From Duncaniella sp. (lineage in GTDB: Bacteria; Bacteroidota; Bacteroidia; Bacteroidales; Muribaculaceae), in NCBI GenBank assembly GCA_022511285.1, contig JAFLRW010000001.1, forward strand, positions 1 to 50,204: a stretch of DNA of 50,204 bases. The letters run 5' to 3'. This document shows, one piece after another, positions 30,261 to 38,590 of this stretch. Under the pieces are notes generated by a model, which saw only the letters and a list, made by a program, of their open reading frames with translations, was not told where the DNA came from and searched no databases. Made by a program: the position numbers and the translations under genes. Each line of letters starts with the position of its first letter. Position 1 is the first letter of the stretch.

Positions 30261-31163
30261 TTATTTGGGGATGTCGACTACCTCAACATCGAAAATAAGG
30301 GTGGCGTTGGGGCCGATTCCTGCTTGGGGAGCGCCGTCGATGCCATAGGCAAGTTTGCCGGGGATGATGAGGATGTAGTGAGCGCCTTTCTTCATCATGG
30401 CGAGACCCTCGCCGAAGCCGGGCACAACGCGGTTGGTGGAGAATGTTACGCCTTCAGAGTTGCTGTCAAACTCGGTGCCGTCGACGAGACGACCTGAGTA
30501 TTTAACCACGGCACGGCCGCCTTCACCGACGGGCTCGCCTGAGCCTTCGGAGATCACTTTATAGACGAGGCCGGAGCCTGTGACGGTGACAGTGGGGTCG
30601 TCAGCAATCATTTTCTTGATATATTCTTCGCCGGCTTTGGTGTTTTCAACAGCCTCGGGGGCTTCTTCCTTAGCCTTGCGTTCGGCGGCTGCTTTCTGGT
30701 CATAGAAGTCCATCATGAGCTGGTTGGCCTTCTGTGAGAGCGCCTGGAACTCTTCCTCTACCTGGCGAACTTTGTCGGGTGAAATGCTGTCGTTGACAAA
30801 CGCCTTGGCGTATGCCTCGTAGACTTTGGCGCGGTCAATATTGATGCCGGCCTCTTCGAAGCGCATGATCTGTCCGGCAAGGCCGAGGCCGATGCTAAGG
30901 CCTGTGAGGTAGCCCTGTTGAGTGGTGTCGGTCATAACCACCTGCTTGATGCCGCGGAGGATGTCTTCTTTGCGCATCGTTGCTTTCTGCTCGTCGGAGA
31001 GGCTGACGTTGTAGTCGGTAGCCAAGCGGGTACCGTTAGATTCACCGAATGCTACGGACAGAGAGTCGGTGAAAGCAGCGTTATCGCTGCCGCTTCCCGA
31101 GCAGCCTGTGGCCACTGCGAGGATAGCTGCGGCTGCGCCGCAAGCTAAAACAATCTTTTTCAT
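30261..31163 (-). CDS. FKBP-type peptidyl-prolyl isomerase, lipoprotein
   Basis: Lipobox-like LAVATGC; YSGRLVDGTEFDS, IPGKLAYG, LIFDVE. Confidence 0.93.
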   Translation of the reverse strand: MKKIVLACGAAAAILAVATGCSGSGSDNAAFTDSLSVAFGESNGTRLATDYNVSLSDEQKATMRKEDILRGIKQVVMTDTTQQGYLTGLSIGLGLAGQIMRFEEAGINIDRAKVYEAYAKAFVNDSISPDKVRQVEEEFQALSQKANQLMMDFYDQKAAAERKAKEEAPEAVENTKAGEEYIKKMIADDPTVTVTGSGLVYKVISEGSGEPVGEGGRAVVKYSGRLVDGTEFDSNSEGVTFSTNRVVPGFGEGLAMMKKGAHYILIIPGKLAYGIDGAPQAGIGPNATLIFDVEVVDIPK

Positions 31164-31187
31164 TGTTGGTAAGGTGTTTTGTTGTGA

Positions 31188-31967
31188 TTATTTAATTTCA
31201 TTGATTTCTATCGTGAAGTCGAGGGCTGCGCCGCCGGGGATAATTCCGGGGATTCCTTCCAACCCGTAGGCAAGAGCCGCAGGGATTATGATGCGGTATT
31301 GCCCGCCGACTTGAGTCAGGAGGAGGGCTTCATTGAATCCGTCGACGAGGCCTCCGATGGTCAGGGCCACCGGAGCTGAGGTGGCGTCGAAGATTGAGCC
31401 GTCGGAAAGGCGCCCGGTGTAGGATGTGAGGACCGTCTGTCCGGCAGTCGGGTTTGGGCCGGAGCCCTCACGCAGGGTGATAAACACTACTCCCGAGGGG
31501 GTCTGTATGGCTCCGGGAGTGGTTGCGACTGCGGAGATGAACTGCTGTTGTGTGGAGTCGGCAAACTCACGGGCCTCGTCGGGGGCCACTTTGACGTCAA
31601 TATAGTCAGCGGCCTGCTGCGGAGTGAAGCCTACATCTTCGCCGCGGAGCACACTGAGGAGCGCCGCGGAGAGGGTGGCGGAGTCGATGTCGAGCCCTAA
31701 GGCCGCTGCCGAGCGCACGGAACGGGTGATTTCGGCAGCAAACATTGCTCCCCGGATGTATTGTGTGGTGAGGGAGTCGTTGGGCTCGGAGCAATGGTCG
31801 GCAAAGCCGCGAGTGAAGGCATCAGCCTCGGCGCCGGAGAGGCGGGAGAGGTTGATGGCAGAGCCCCAGTGAGTGGCCAGGGCACGCTCAAGCGAGTCGG
31901 CGGCCTCGGACGCTCTGCATAGCGGCGCAGTCAGGGCGAGGATGAGGAGTGTCAGAAGGTGTCGCAT
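31188..31967 (-). CDS. FKBP-type peptidyl-prolyl isomerase, exported, divergent
   Basis: YTGRLSDGSIFD, IPAALAYG; signal peptide. Confidence 0.88.
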   Translation of the reverse strand: MRHLLTLLILALTAPLCRASEAADSLERALATHWGSAINLSRLSGAEADAFTRGFADHCSEPNDSLTTQYIRGAMFAAEITRSVRSAAALGLDIDSATLSAALLSVLRGEDVGFTPQQAADYIDVKVAPDEAREFADSTQQQFISAVATTPGAIQTPSGVVFITLREGSGPNPTAGQTVLTSYTGRLSDGSIFDATSAPVALTIGGLVDGFNEALLLTQVGGQYRIIIPAALAYGLEGIPGIIPGGAALDFTIEINEIK

Positions 31968-32584
31968 CAGAGCACGCGCAGCAACTCAACGTCGAATATG
32001 AGGGTGGCGTTGGGACCGATGGGACCTGCGCCCTGCGGACCGTAAGCCAGTGATGACGGGATGTGAAGACGCCATTTTGCCCCCACTTTCATCAGTTGGA
32101 GGGCCTCAACCCAACCCGGAATAACCTGTGTGACTCCGAATGTGGCCGGTGTGCCGCGCTCCACAGAGCTGTCAAACACGGTGCCGTCGATGAGACGGCC
32201 GGTGTAGTGCACCTCCACGCGGTCTGTCTCCTTCGGAGAGGGGCCGTCGCCCGGGGTGATTACTTCATATTGGAGCCCTGAGGGGAGTGTGATTACCTCC
32301 GGGCGAGCCCCGTTCTTCTTGAGGTATTCGGCTCCGGCAGCGGCGTTTATCTCGCCTGCTTTTTCAGCCTCAGCCTTCTGGCGGGCTTCGAGGGCTGAGA
32401 AGTAGCGCTGTATTTCGGCTTTAGCTTCATCGTAGGTCATTTTGGGCTTGGCGCCGTCGAAGATGGCAGCGACGCCGTCGGCAAACTCGCTGACATTGAT
32501 TTTCTCAATGCCTGAGGCGCGGAAATTGTTGCCCATGCTCATTCCGAGGGCATAGCTGATACGGTCAAGTTCGTTCATTTCCAT
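31967..32584 (-). CDS. FKBP-type peptidyl-prolyl isomerase (FklB-like, cytoplasmic)
   Basis: SYALG, VHYTGRLIDGTVFDSS, VIPGWVEAL; promoter element at 32617-32624. Confidence 0.95.
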   Translation of the reverse strand: MEMNELDRISYALGMSMGNNFRASGIEKINVSEFADGVAAIFDGAKPKMTYDEAKAEIQRYFSALEARQKAEAEKAGEINAAAGAEYLKKNGARPEVITLPSGLQYEVITPGDGPSPKETDRVEVHYTGRLIDGTVFDSSVERGTPATFGVTQVIPGWVEALQLMKVGAKWRLHIPSSLAYGPQGAGPIGPNATLIFDVELLRVL

Positions 32585-32720
32585 TATTATGAGTAGGTGT
32601 GGTTTTATTCAATCTGCAAAGATAGATTATTTTCTTGATGTTTGCTTAATTTCGATGTGAAAAAACACTTAATCTACAGACAAAACCGAATGAATCAGGT
32701 GGGGATGGGGATTGAATCAG

Positions 32721-33617
32721 TTATGAGAGGGTGGCGCCTGAGGGGGTGACGCTGAGGGTGGATTTGACTCCGCAGAGCATCGGGATGTTGTGGTCAACGT
32801 GGCCTATGGGCACTCCGAAGGCGATGGGATAGGAGTAGTCGGCGGTGATGCGGGCAATCATTGCTTCCATACTTGGATTGTCACGGTCAGGGGTATAGTC
32901 GGTGAATCGGCCTACTATGAGTCCGCCAAGCGAGCCGAGCACTCCGCTGAGGCGGAGGGTGTAGAGGATTCGCTCCACCTTATATATGGGTTCGGCAATA
33001 TCTTCAATGAATAGAATCGAGCCCGGACGGAATGGAGAAAATGGGGTGGAGAGTAGGCCGGCCGCTACCGCGAGGTTTCCGCCGAGGAGAGGCCCTGAGG
33101 CCGTTCCGGTACGGTTGAGGGAGTGAGAGCCGAGCGATACGGGGCTATTCAGCCCCCGCAGGATGTTGAAAAGCCTTTGGCTGTCGGCATCGCGCCCGGC
33201 GTGGGCAGCGATGTGTTTGCACATAGGAGCGTGGATGCTGGCTATTCCTTTGGAGTTCATTAGAGCGTGTAGGGCTGTAATGTCGGAATAGCCGACTATC
33301 CATTTCGGATCGTCGCGCAGCGGGAGCCGGTTTAGGCGTTCGAGCAGATGGACCGCGCCATAGCCTCCGCGGGAGCAGATTATGGCTCGCGTGTCGGGGT
33401 CGAGGAGTGCCGTTTCAAGGTCGGCATAGCGATTGTCATCTGTGCCGGCGTATGTGCCGTGGCGGTCGAAGGCGTGTTCGGCGGCATAGACGCTCCACCC
33501 CTGAGAGGCGATTACGGGCATCGACTGATATACCACTTGAGGCTTGATAATGCTCGCCGGAGATAGGATGGCCACTCTGTCGCCATGGCGGAGAGGGCGT
33601 GGGATGATGGTTTCCAA
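32721..33617 (-). CDS. LD-carboxypeptidase (peptidase S66)
   Basis: RGGYG, GYSDIT, GGNL, FIEDI, GH motifs. Confidence 0.93.
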   Translation of the reverse strand: METIIPRPLRHGDRVAILSPASIIKPQVVYQSMPVIASQGWSVYAAEHAFDRHGTYAGTDDNRYADLETALLDPDTRAIICSRGGYGAVHLLERLNRLPLRDDPKWIVGYSDITALHALMNSKGIASIHAPMCKHIAAHAGRDADSQRLFNILRGLNSPVSLGSHSLNRTGTASGPLLGGNLAVAAGLLSTPFSPFRPGSILFIEDIAEPIYKVERILYTLRLSGVLGSLGGLIVGRFTDYTPDRDNPSMEAMIARITADYSYPIAFGVPIGHVDHNIPMLCGVKSTLSVTPSGATLS

Positions 33618-33635
33618 AGTCAGATTCTATGTGCG

Positions 33636-34415
33636 TTAGGCGGTTTCTACCGGTATACCGGTTTCGGCCATGATACGGTTAGCAATGGAGGTCAGCTCCT
33701 CGGCAGGTACTTTCTCAAGGTGTTCGGCAGGAGTCTTGCGGTCGATGGAGTAGAGCATGATGCTTCGAGGCTTGATGGCATTGTAGGCGGCAATGAGTGC
33801 TGAAATTTCAGCGGGGGTGGTGTTGTCGACCTCTTTGCCATCGTGATGTCCGCGCGTCAGTAGGGTCTGCACTATGCATTCTCCTCCGAAGGCGCATAAC
33901 CCGTCGATTATGTTCTCTGCCGATAGAGAGGGTAGGGTGGGGCGGTCGAGGGTTTGGATGGTCGACGTGACGGCGGAGTCAAGTTTGAGGATATTGTTGT
34001 CAACGCTCCTTAGTGCGTCGGCCACCTTGGGCGAGAATATCTTTGTAGAATTGCTGAGCACGCTGACTTTAGCTTGCGGGAAGAATCTGTCGCGGAGCTG
34101 CAGCGTGTCGGTAATGATGTCGGGAAATTCAGGGTGGAGAGTGGGCTCGCCGTTGCCCGAGAAGGTGATAACGTCAAGGGGGGCGCCATTTCGGCTCATT
34201 TCGCTCAGCTTCTCGCGGAGGAGTCGGGCCACTTCGCTCCGAGGCGCGAATCCGGTGGTGCCGGGGCCTTGGGCGTTGAAACCAGCCTCGCAGTAGAGGC
34301 AGTCGAAGGTGCACACCTTACCGTCGTTGGGGGTGAGGTTGATGCCGAGCGACACTCCGAGCCGACGCGAGCGGATGGGCCCGAAGATTGTGGAGTGAAA
34401 TAATACCCTTTGCAT
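33636..34415 (-). CDS. Radical SAM protein
   Basis: CTFDCLYC, FGPIRSRRLGVSLG, SGNGEPTLHP. Confidence 0.92.
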   Translation of the reverse strand: MQRVLFHSTIFGPIRSRRLGVSLGINLTPNDGKVCTFDCLYCEAGFNAQGPGTTGFAPRSEVARLLREKLSEMSRNGAPLDVITFSGNGEPTLHPEFPDIITDTLQLRDRFFPQAKVSVLSNSTKIFSPKVADALRSVDNNILKLDSAVTSTIQTLDRPTLPSLSAENIIDGLCAFGGECIVQTLLTRGHHDGKEVDNTTPAEISALIAAYNAIKPRSIMLYSIDRKTPAEHLEKVPAEELTSIANRIMAETGIPVETA

Positions 34416-34522
34416 AGTGCAAAGGTAGTGAAAAAATCAGAAGCCTTTCTCAAAGGAGGAGATTTTTAAATTACTTTTCGCTCTGTATGAGCAGAGTAAT
34501 GTAAGGCTTTAACATCCATTTC

Positions 34523-34554
34523 TTTGATTTCTTCGTTATAATGTTGTAACTTTG
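34523..34554 (+). promoter_or_regulatory. Promoter of TA module: TTTG-N20-TAACTTTG
   Basis: Both consensus elements present. Confidence 0.75.
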
Positions 34555-34575
34555 TGTTCTAATATAGAATCTGTT

Positions 34576-34761
34576 ATGGCAATGACAATAAATTCATCCC
34601 CTGTACTTACGGGTGAATCGGCAAGAGCTTTCGTTGAAGAAGCAGAGCGTAATGGCAAACTTCCTACTCCTAATCTGTCACCTGAACGCGAAGCGCAAAT
34701 AGCTGAATTTTTAAAAAAATCTCGCGAGTTCATTTTTCCTCCAAAGGATAAGAAAGAATGA
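34576..34761 (+). CDS. Putative minimal antitoxin (61 aa)
   Basis: MAMTINSSPVLTGESARAF...; ATGA overlap with the GNAT gene. Confidence 0.75.
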   Translation: MAMTINSSPVLTGESARAFVEEAERNGKLPTPNLSPEREAQIAEFLKKSREFIFPPKDKKE

Positions 34762-35363
34762 CCCAAGATTGTTTTATCCTTGAACGCGATGCTGTGATGC
34801 GGCCTTATACGGCTGATGTTGCAACTTATTGTGTGCCTTTTTCCTGCGAAGACAGCGACCTCGATGAGTTTTTTTCAAAAGATGCTTTTCTTTATGAAAC
34901 CGAATTGCTTGGAAAGACTTATGCGTGGATTAACACCGCTGATCCCTCGAAGATTTTAGGGTTGGTTACTTTGGCTAATGATAGTGTTAAAGCGCAGTTT
35001 ATGGCCGGCTCTGCCAGAAACCGTCTGCAACGGAGCGTTACCAACGCCAAACGTGGTATGAATTATCCTGCTGTCCTTATCGGGCGGTTGGGCGTTTCCT
35101 CTGAGTACAGAGGCAGAGGTCTTCATATCGGCAGTCAGATTCTTGACTTTCTAAAAGGGTGGTTTCGCTCTTTTGACAATAAGACCGGGTGCCGTTTCAT
35201 TGTTGTGGACGCATATAACAACGATAAGACCCTACATTTTTATGAGAAAAACGGTTTCAAACTTTTGTATAAAACCGAACAGGAGGAACGCGCATTTCTT
35301 GACTTATCTCCGGAAGAACCGTTAGAAACCCGCTTTATGTTCTTTGACCTTAAACTCCGATAA
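34758..35363 (+). CDS. GNAT acetyltransferase, AtaT/TacT-like putative toxin
   Basis: FSCEDSDLDEFF, PAVLIGRLGV, RFIVVDAYN, FYEKNGF; AT-richer than the flanking genes. Confidence 0.85.
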   Translation: MTQDCFILERDAVMRPYTADVATYCVPFSCEDSDLDEFFSKDAFLYETELLGKTYAWINTADPSKILGLVTLANDSVKAQFMAGSARNRLQRSVTNAKRGMNYPAVLIGRLGVSSEYRGRGLHIGSQILDFLKGWFRSFDNKTGCRFIVVDAYNNDKTLHFYEKNGFKLLYKTEQEERAFLDLSPEEPLETRFMFFDLKLR

Positions 35364-35641
35364 TAATTTTCTTACAGCAGATTGGAAGCTGGCAAAAGTC
35401 TATTTACAAAGATAATACTTTTTTCCGTAGATTACAACTAAACGGCAGTCGATTTCGGGCTTTGAGCGTTGAAAATTTGCGAAAGGATGCACGAGAGCGC
35501 CGGAATATTCGATTCTCAGAGGCTCAAAATTTAGATAAGGCGTTGAGCGATAGGGTGATATGCTTAAAATCGCGGTGTCAATCAATGCTCCAGAAAAAAT
35601 TTGTGTAGCGACTGATTGATATTTTCACTAACTTTGTGGGT

Positions 35642-36091
35642 ATGAATCAGATTCAATGGCTTACTGACGGCGTTGATATGCCGGATATAGACACAGGTTT
35701 GTTGTCGCAGTGGATAGACAGTGTGGCGCAGCGTCATAAGCGCATAGTCGGTCCGCTTGCCTACATTTTTTGTGATGACCGTAGAATCCTTGAAGTAAAC
35801 AGGCAATTTTTGAGCCACGACTATTTTACCGACATTATTACATTCGACTATTCGCGTGGTAGGAGAGTGAGTGGCGATATGTTTATTTCATTAGACACTG
35901 TATCCACCAACGCAGAGATGGTTGGAACTACTTTTCGCCGCGAACTTTACAGGGTGATAATTCACGGAGTGCTCCATCTTTGCGGCATTAACGATAAGGG
36001 CCCGGGAGAAAGGGAGGTTATGGAATCCTTTGAAAATGAGGCACTTGATATGTTTGACAACCTAATATCTTCGTCAGATCATGCGCTTTGA
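35642..36091 (+). CDS. ybeY: rRNA maturation RNase YbeY
   Basis: HDYFTDIITF and HGVLHLCGIND motifs. ATG 35642 chosen. Confidence 0.95.
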   Translation: MNQIQWLTDGVDMPDIDTGLLSQWIDSVAQRHKRIVGPLAYIFCDDRRILEVNRQFLSHDYFTDIITFDYSRGRRVSGDMFISLDTVSTNAEMVGTTFRRELYRVIIHGVLHLCGINDKGPGEREVMESFENEALDMFDNLISSSDHAL

Positions 36092-37964
36092 CTATGATGT
36101 AATAGTGGTGGGAGCCGGTCATGCCGGCTGTGAAGCGGCCCACGCATCAGCTACCCTTGGTGCTGATACGCTGCTCATTACAATTGACATGAACAAGATA
36201 GCTCAGATGAGCTGTAATCCTGCCGTCGGCGGCATTGCCAAGGGGCAGATAGTGCGTGAGATTGATGCCCTCGGCGGCATGATGGGGGTGGTGACTGACC
36301 GCTCGTCCATTCAGTTCAGAATGCTGAATCGCTCCAAAGGGCCGGCAATGTGGAGCCCCAGAGCACAGGCCGACCGTATGGTGTTCTCGCTCACGTGGCG
36401 TTCCATCCTTGAGCAGACCCCTCGCCTCTCTATGTGGCAGGATTCAGTGATCTCCCTTGTCATTTCCGATGGCAGAGTTGCCGGGGTTAAAACTGCGCTT
36501 GGAGTTGAGTTTAGAGCTAAGGCGGTGATTCTGACTGCCGGAACCTTCCTTAACGGATTGATGCATATAGGCCCGGTCAAAATAGAGGGAGGTCGAGTTG
36601 CAGAGCCTGCCGCTCATGGTGTGACCGAACAGCTAAAAGATTTAGGCTTTACGACAGATAGAATGAAGACCGGAACGCCTGTGCGTATTGACGGTCGTTC
36701 TGTAGACTTTTCCCTTGCAACTATGCAGGAGGGCGATGACGACGGACATAAATTCTCCTATCTTCCCGGTGTGGAACGAACTTTGCGTCAGCGCCCATGC
36801 TACACCGTATATACCAACGCCGAGACTCATGAAATACTCCGAAAAGGTTTGCCCGACTCGCCTCTCTACAATGGGCAGATTCAGAGTATAGGGCCTCGCT
36901 ATTGTCCAAGTATAGAGACAAAGATAGTCACTTTTGCTGATAAGAGCGAGCATCAGTTGTTTCTCGAGCCGGAAGGGGAATCGACCACCGAGTATTATCT
37001 CAATGGATTCTCATCGTCACTCCCGGTAAATATACAGTTTGAGGCGCTTCAGACCATCCCTGCCTTGCGTGATGTGCAGTTATATCGCCCGGGGTATGCG
37101 ATAGAGTATGACTTTTTTGACCCCACTCAACTGCATCACTCTCTTGAGACCAAGCTCATCCCGGGCCTTTATTTTGCCGGTCAGGTGAATGGCACAACCG
37201 GTTATGAGGAAGCGGCCGGCCAGGGGCTGATAGCTGGAATCAATGCGGCGCTTTCAGTGGTAAAACCCGGCGAGACCTTTACGTTGGCAAGAGATGAAGC
37301 CTATATCGGTGTTTTGATAGACGACCTTGTGACGAAGGGAGTTGATGAGCCGTATAGAATGTTTACTTCACGGGCAGAATATCGCATACTCCTTCGTCAA
37401 GATGATGCCGATATGCGCCTCACTCCCCGCGCGGCTCAAATCGGACTTGCCAAAGCCGACAGAATTACAGCCATGGAGTCGAAGCGCGCCCAACGTGACT
37501 CGCTGATACAATATTTCTCCTCCTGCTCGGTCTCCCCGGGCGATGTAAACCCTTGGCTTGAGAGCATAGGAGAGCAACCGATAAAGCAGAGCGTAAAGCT
37601 CGAATCGTTGCTCCTCAGGCCTGCCGTAACTATTGAGTCTCTGTCGAGCGCTGTCCCGTCGTTCGGGCAGTTCATTGACAATAATATAGAGACACAGCGT
37701 CGACAGGAGATACTCGAAGCAGCGGAGATACTATTAAAGTACCAAGGCTATATAAAGCGCGAGCGCGATAATGCAGCAAAGCTTCATCGCCTCGAGGGGC
37801 TGTCATTGAGAGGCAAGATTGACTACTCAACAATCAAGGCACTATCTACTGAAGCCCGACAGAAGTTGCAACATATAAATCCCGAGACCATTGGCCAGGC
37901 CTCTCGTATTCCCGGCATTTCGCCGGCTGACGTAAACATCCTTCTGCTCCTGCTCGGAAGATGA
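36081..37964 (+). CDS. mnmG: tRNA uridine-5-carboxymethylaminomethyl modification enzyme (GidA)
   Basis: GAGHAGCEAA, MSCNPAVGG, GPRYCPSIE, GTTGYEEAA. Confidence 0.98.
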   Translation: MRFDYDVIVVGAGHAGCEAAHASATLGADTLLITIDMNKIAQMSCNPAVGGIAKGQIVREIDALGGMMGVVTDRSSIQFRMLNRSKGPAMWSPRAQADRMVFSLTWRSILEQTPRLSMWQDSVISLVISDGRVAGVKTALGVEFRAKAVILTAGTFLNGLMHIGPVKIEGGRVAEPAAHGVTEQLKDLGFTTDRMKTGTPVRIDGRSVDFSLATMQEGDDDGHKFSYLPGVERTLRQRPCYTVYTNAETHEILRKGLPDSPLYNGQIQSIGPRYCPSIETKIVTFADKSEHQLFLEPEGESTTEYYLNGFSSSLPVNIQFEALQTIPALRDVQLYRPGYAIEYDFFDPTQLHHSLETKLIPGLYFAGQVNGTTGYEEAAGQGLIAGINAALSVVKPGETFTLARDEAYIGVLIDDLVTKGVDEPYRMFTSRAEYRILLRQDDADMRLTPRAAQIGLAKADRITAMESKRAQRDSLIQYFSSCSVSPGDVNPWLESIGEQPIKQSVKLESLLLRPAVTIESLSSAVPSFGQFIDNNIETQRRQEILEAAEILLKYQGYIKRERDNAAKLHRLEGLSLRGKIDYSTIKALSTEARQKLQHINPETIGQASRIPGISPADVNILLLLLGR

Positions 37965-37974
37965 TGTTTCCGTG

Positions 37975-37990
37975 TGTTCCACGTGGAACA
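37975..37990. other. parS centromere site TGTTCCACGTGGAACA
   Basis: Perfect 16-bp palindrome matching the ParB consensus TGTTNCACGTGNAACA. Confidence 0.92.
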
Positions 37991-38041
37991 TTTCACTCTT
38001 AATTAACACAATATCAAAATAATATAAACAAACTGACAGAA

Positions 38042-38560
38042 ATGGAATATCTGAAATCTCGTATTCGTGACGTGATTGATTTCCCGCAAAAAGGAATCGT
38101 CTTTAAAGATCTTACCACATTGTTCAAGGACCCCCGCGGCCTGCATATCATTGGTTGGGACCTCTCCCAGCTCTACCGCGACAAGGGTGTCACAAAAGTG
38201 GTGGGGATAGAGAGCCGCGGCTTCATAGGCGGATCGATTCTTGCCTTCGAACTTGGGGCGGGATTTGTGCCTGTGCGCAAGCCGGGTAAACTTCCAGCCG
38301 ATACAATTCAGGCGTCATACGATAAGGAGTATGGCAAGGATATTATTGAAATTCATCGCGACGCCATCACGGAAGATGATATAGTGGTGCTCCACGATGA
38401 CGTCCTTGCAACGGGTGGCACAATGGCTGCAGCTTACAACCTTGTGAAGCAGATGAACCCCAAGAAAATCTATATCAACTTTATCATAGAGCTCACAGCC
38501 CTCAATGGCCGTGCCACCCTGCCTCAGGATGTCGAGGTGACATCGCTCATCACATATTGA
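38042..38560 (+). CDS. apt: Adenine phosphoribosyltransferase
   Basis: DFPQKGIVFKD, ESRGF, RKPGKLP, DDVLATGGT. Confidence 0.96.
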   Translation: MEYLKSRIRDVIDFPQKGIVFKDLTTLFKDPRGLHIIGWDLSQLYRDKGVTKVVGIESRGFIGGSILAFELGAGFVPVRKPGKLPADTIQASYDKEYGKDIIEIHRDAITEDDIVVLHDDVLATGGTMAAAYNLVKQMNPKKIYINFIIELTALNGRATLPQDVEVTSLITY

Positions 38561-38590
38561 GGTTAGCCACAGGAGACCGCACCATCCGCA

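Larger units (their letters stand above)
29854..30278. mobile_element. Degenerate islet bounded by 18-bp direct repeats of the FKBP gene 3' end
   Basis: TTATTTGGGGATGTCGAC at 29854-29871 and 30261-30278; AT-rich interior with TA remnants; no integrase. Confidence 0.6.

Noticed and set aside
35400-35585. 61-aa minus-strand ORF
   Set aside because: Runs over a promoter-like element and shows no coding character.
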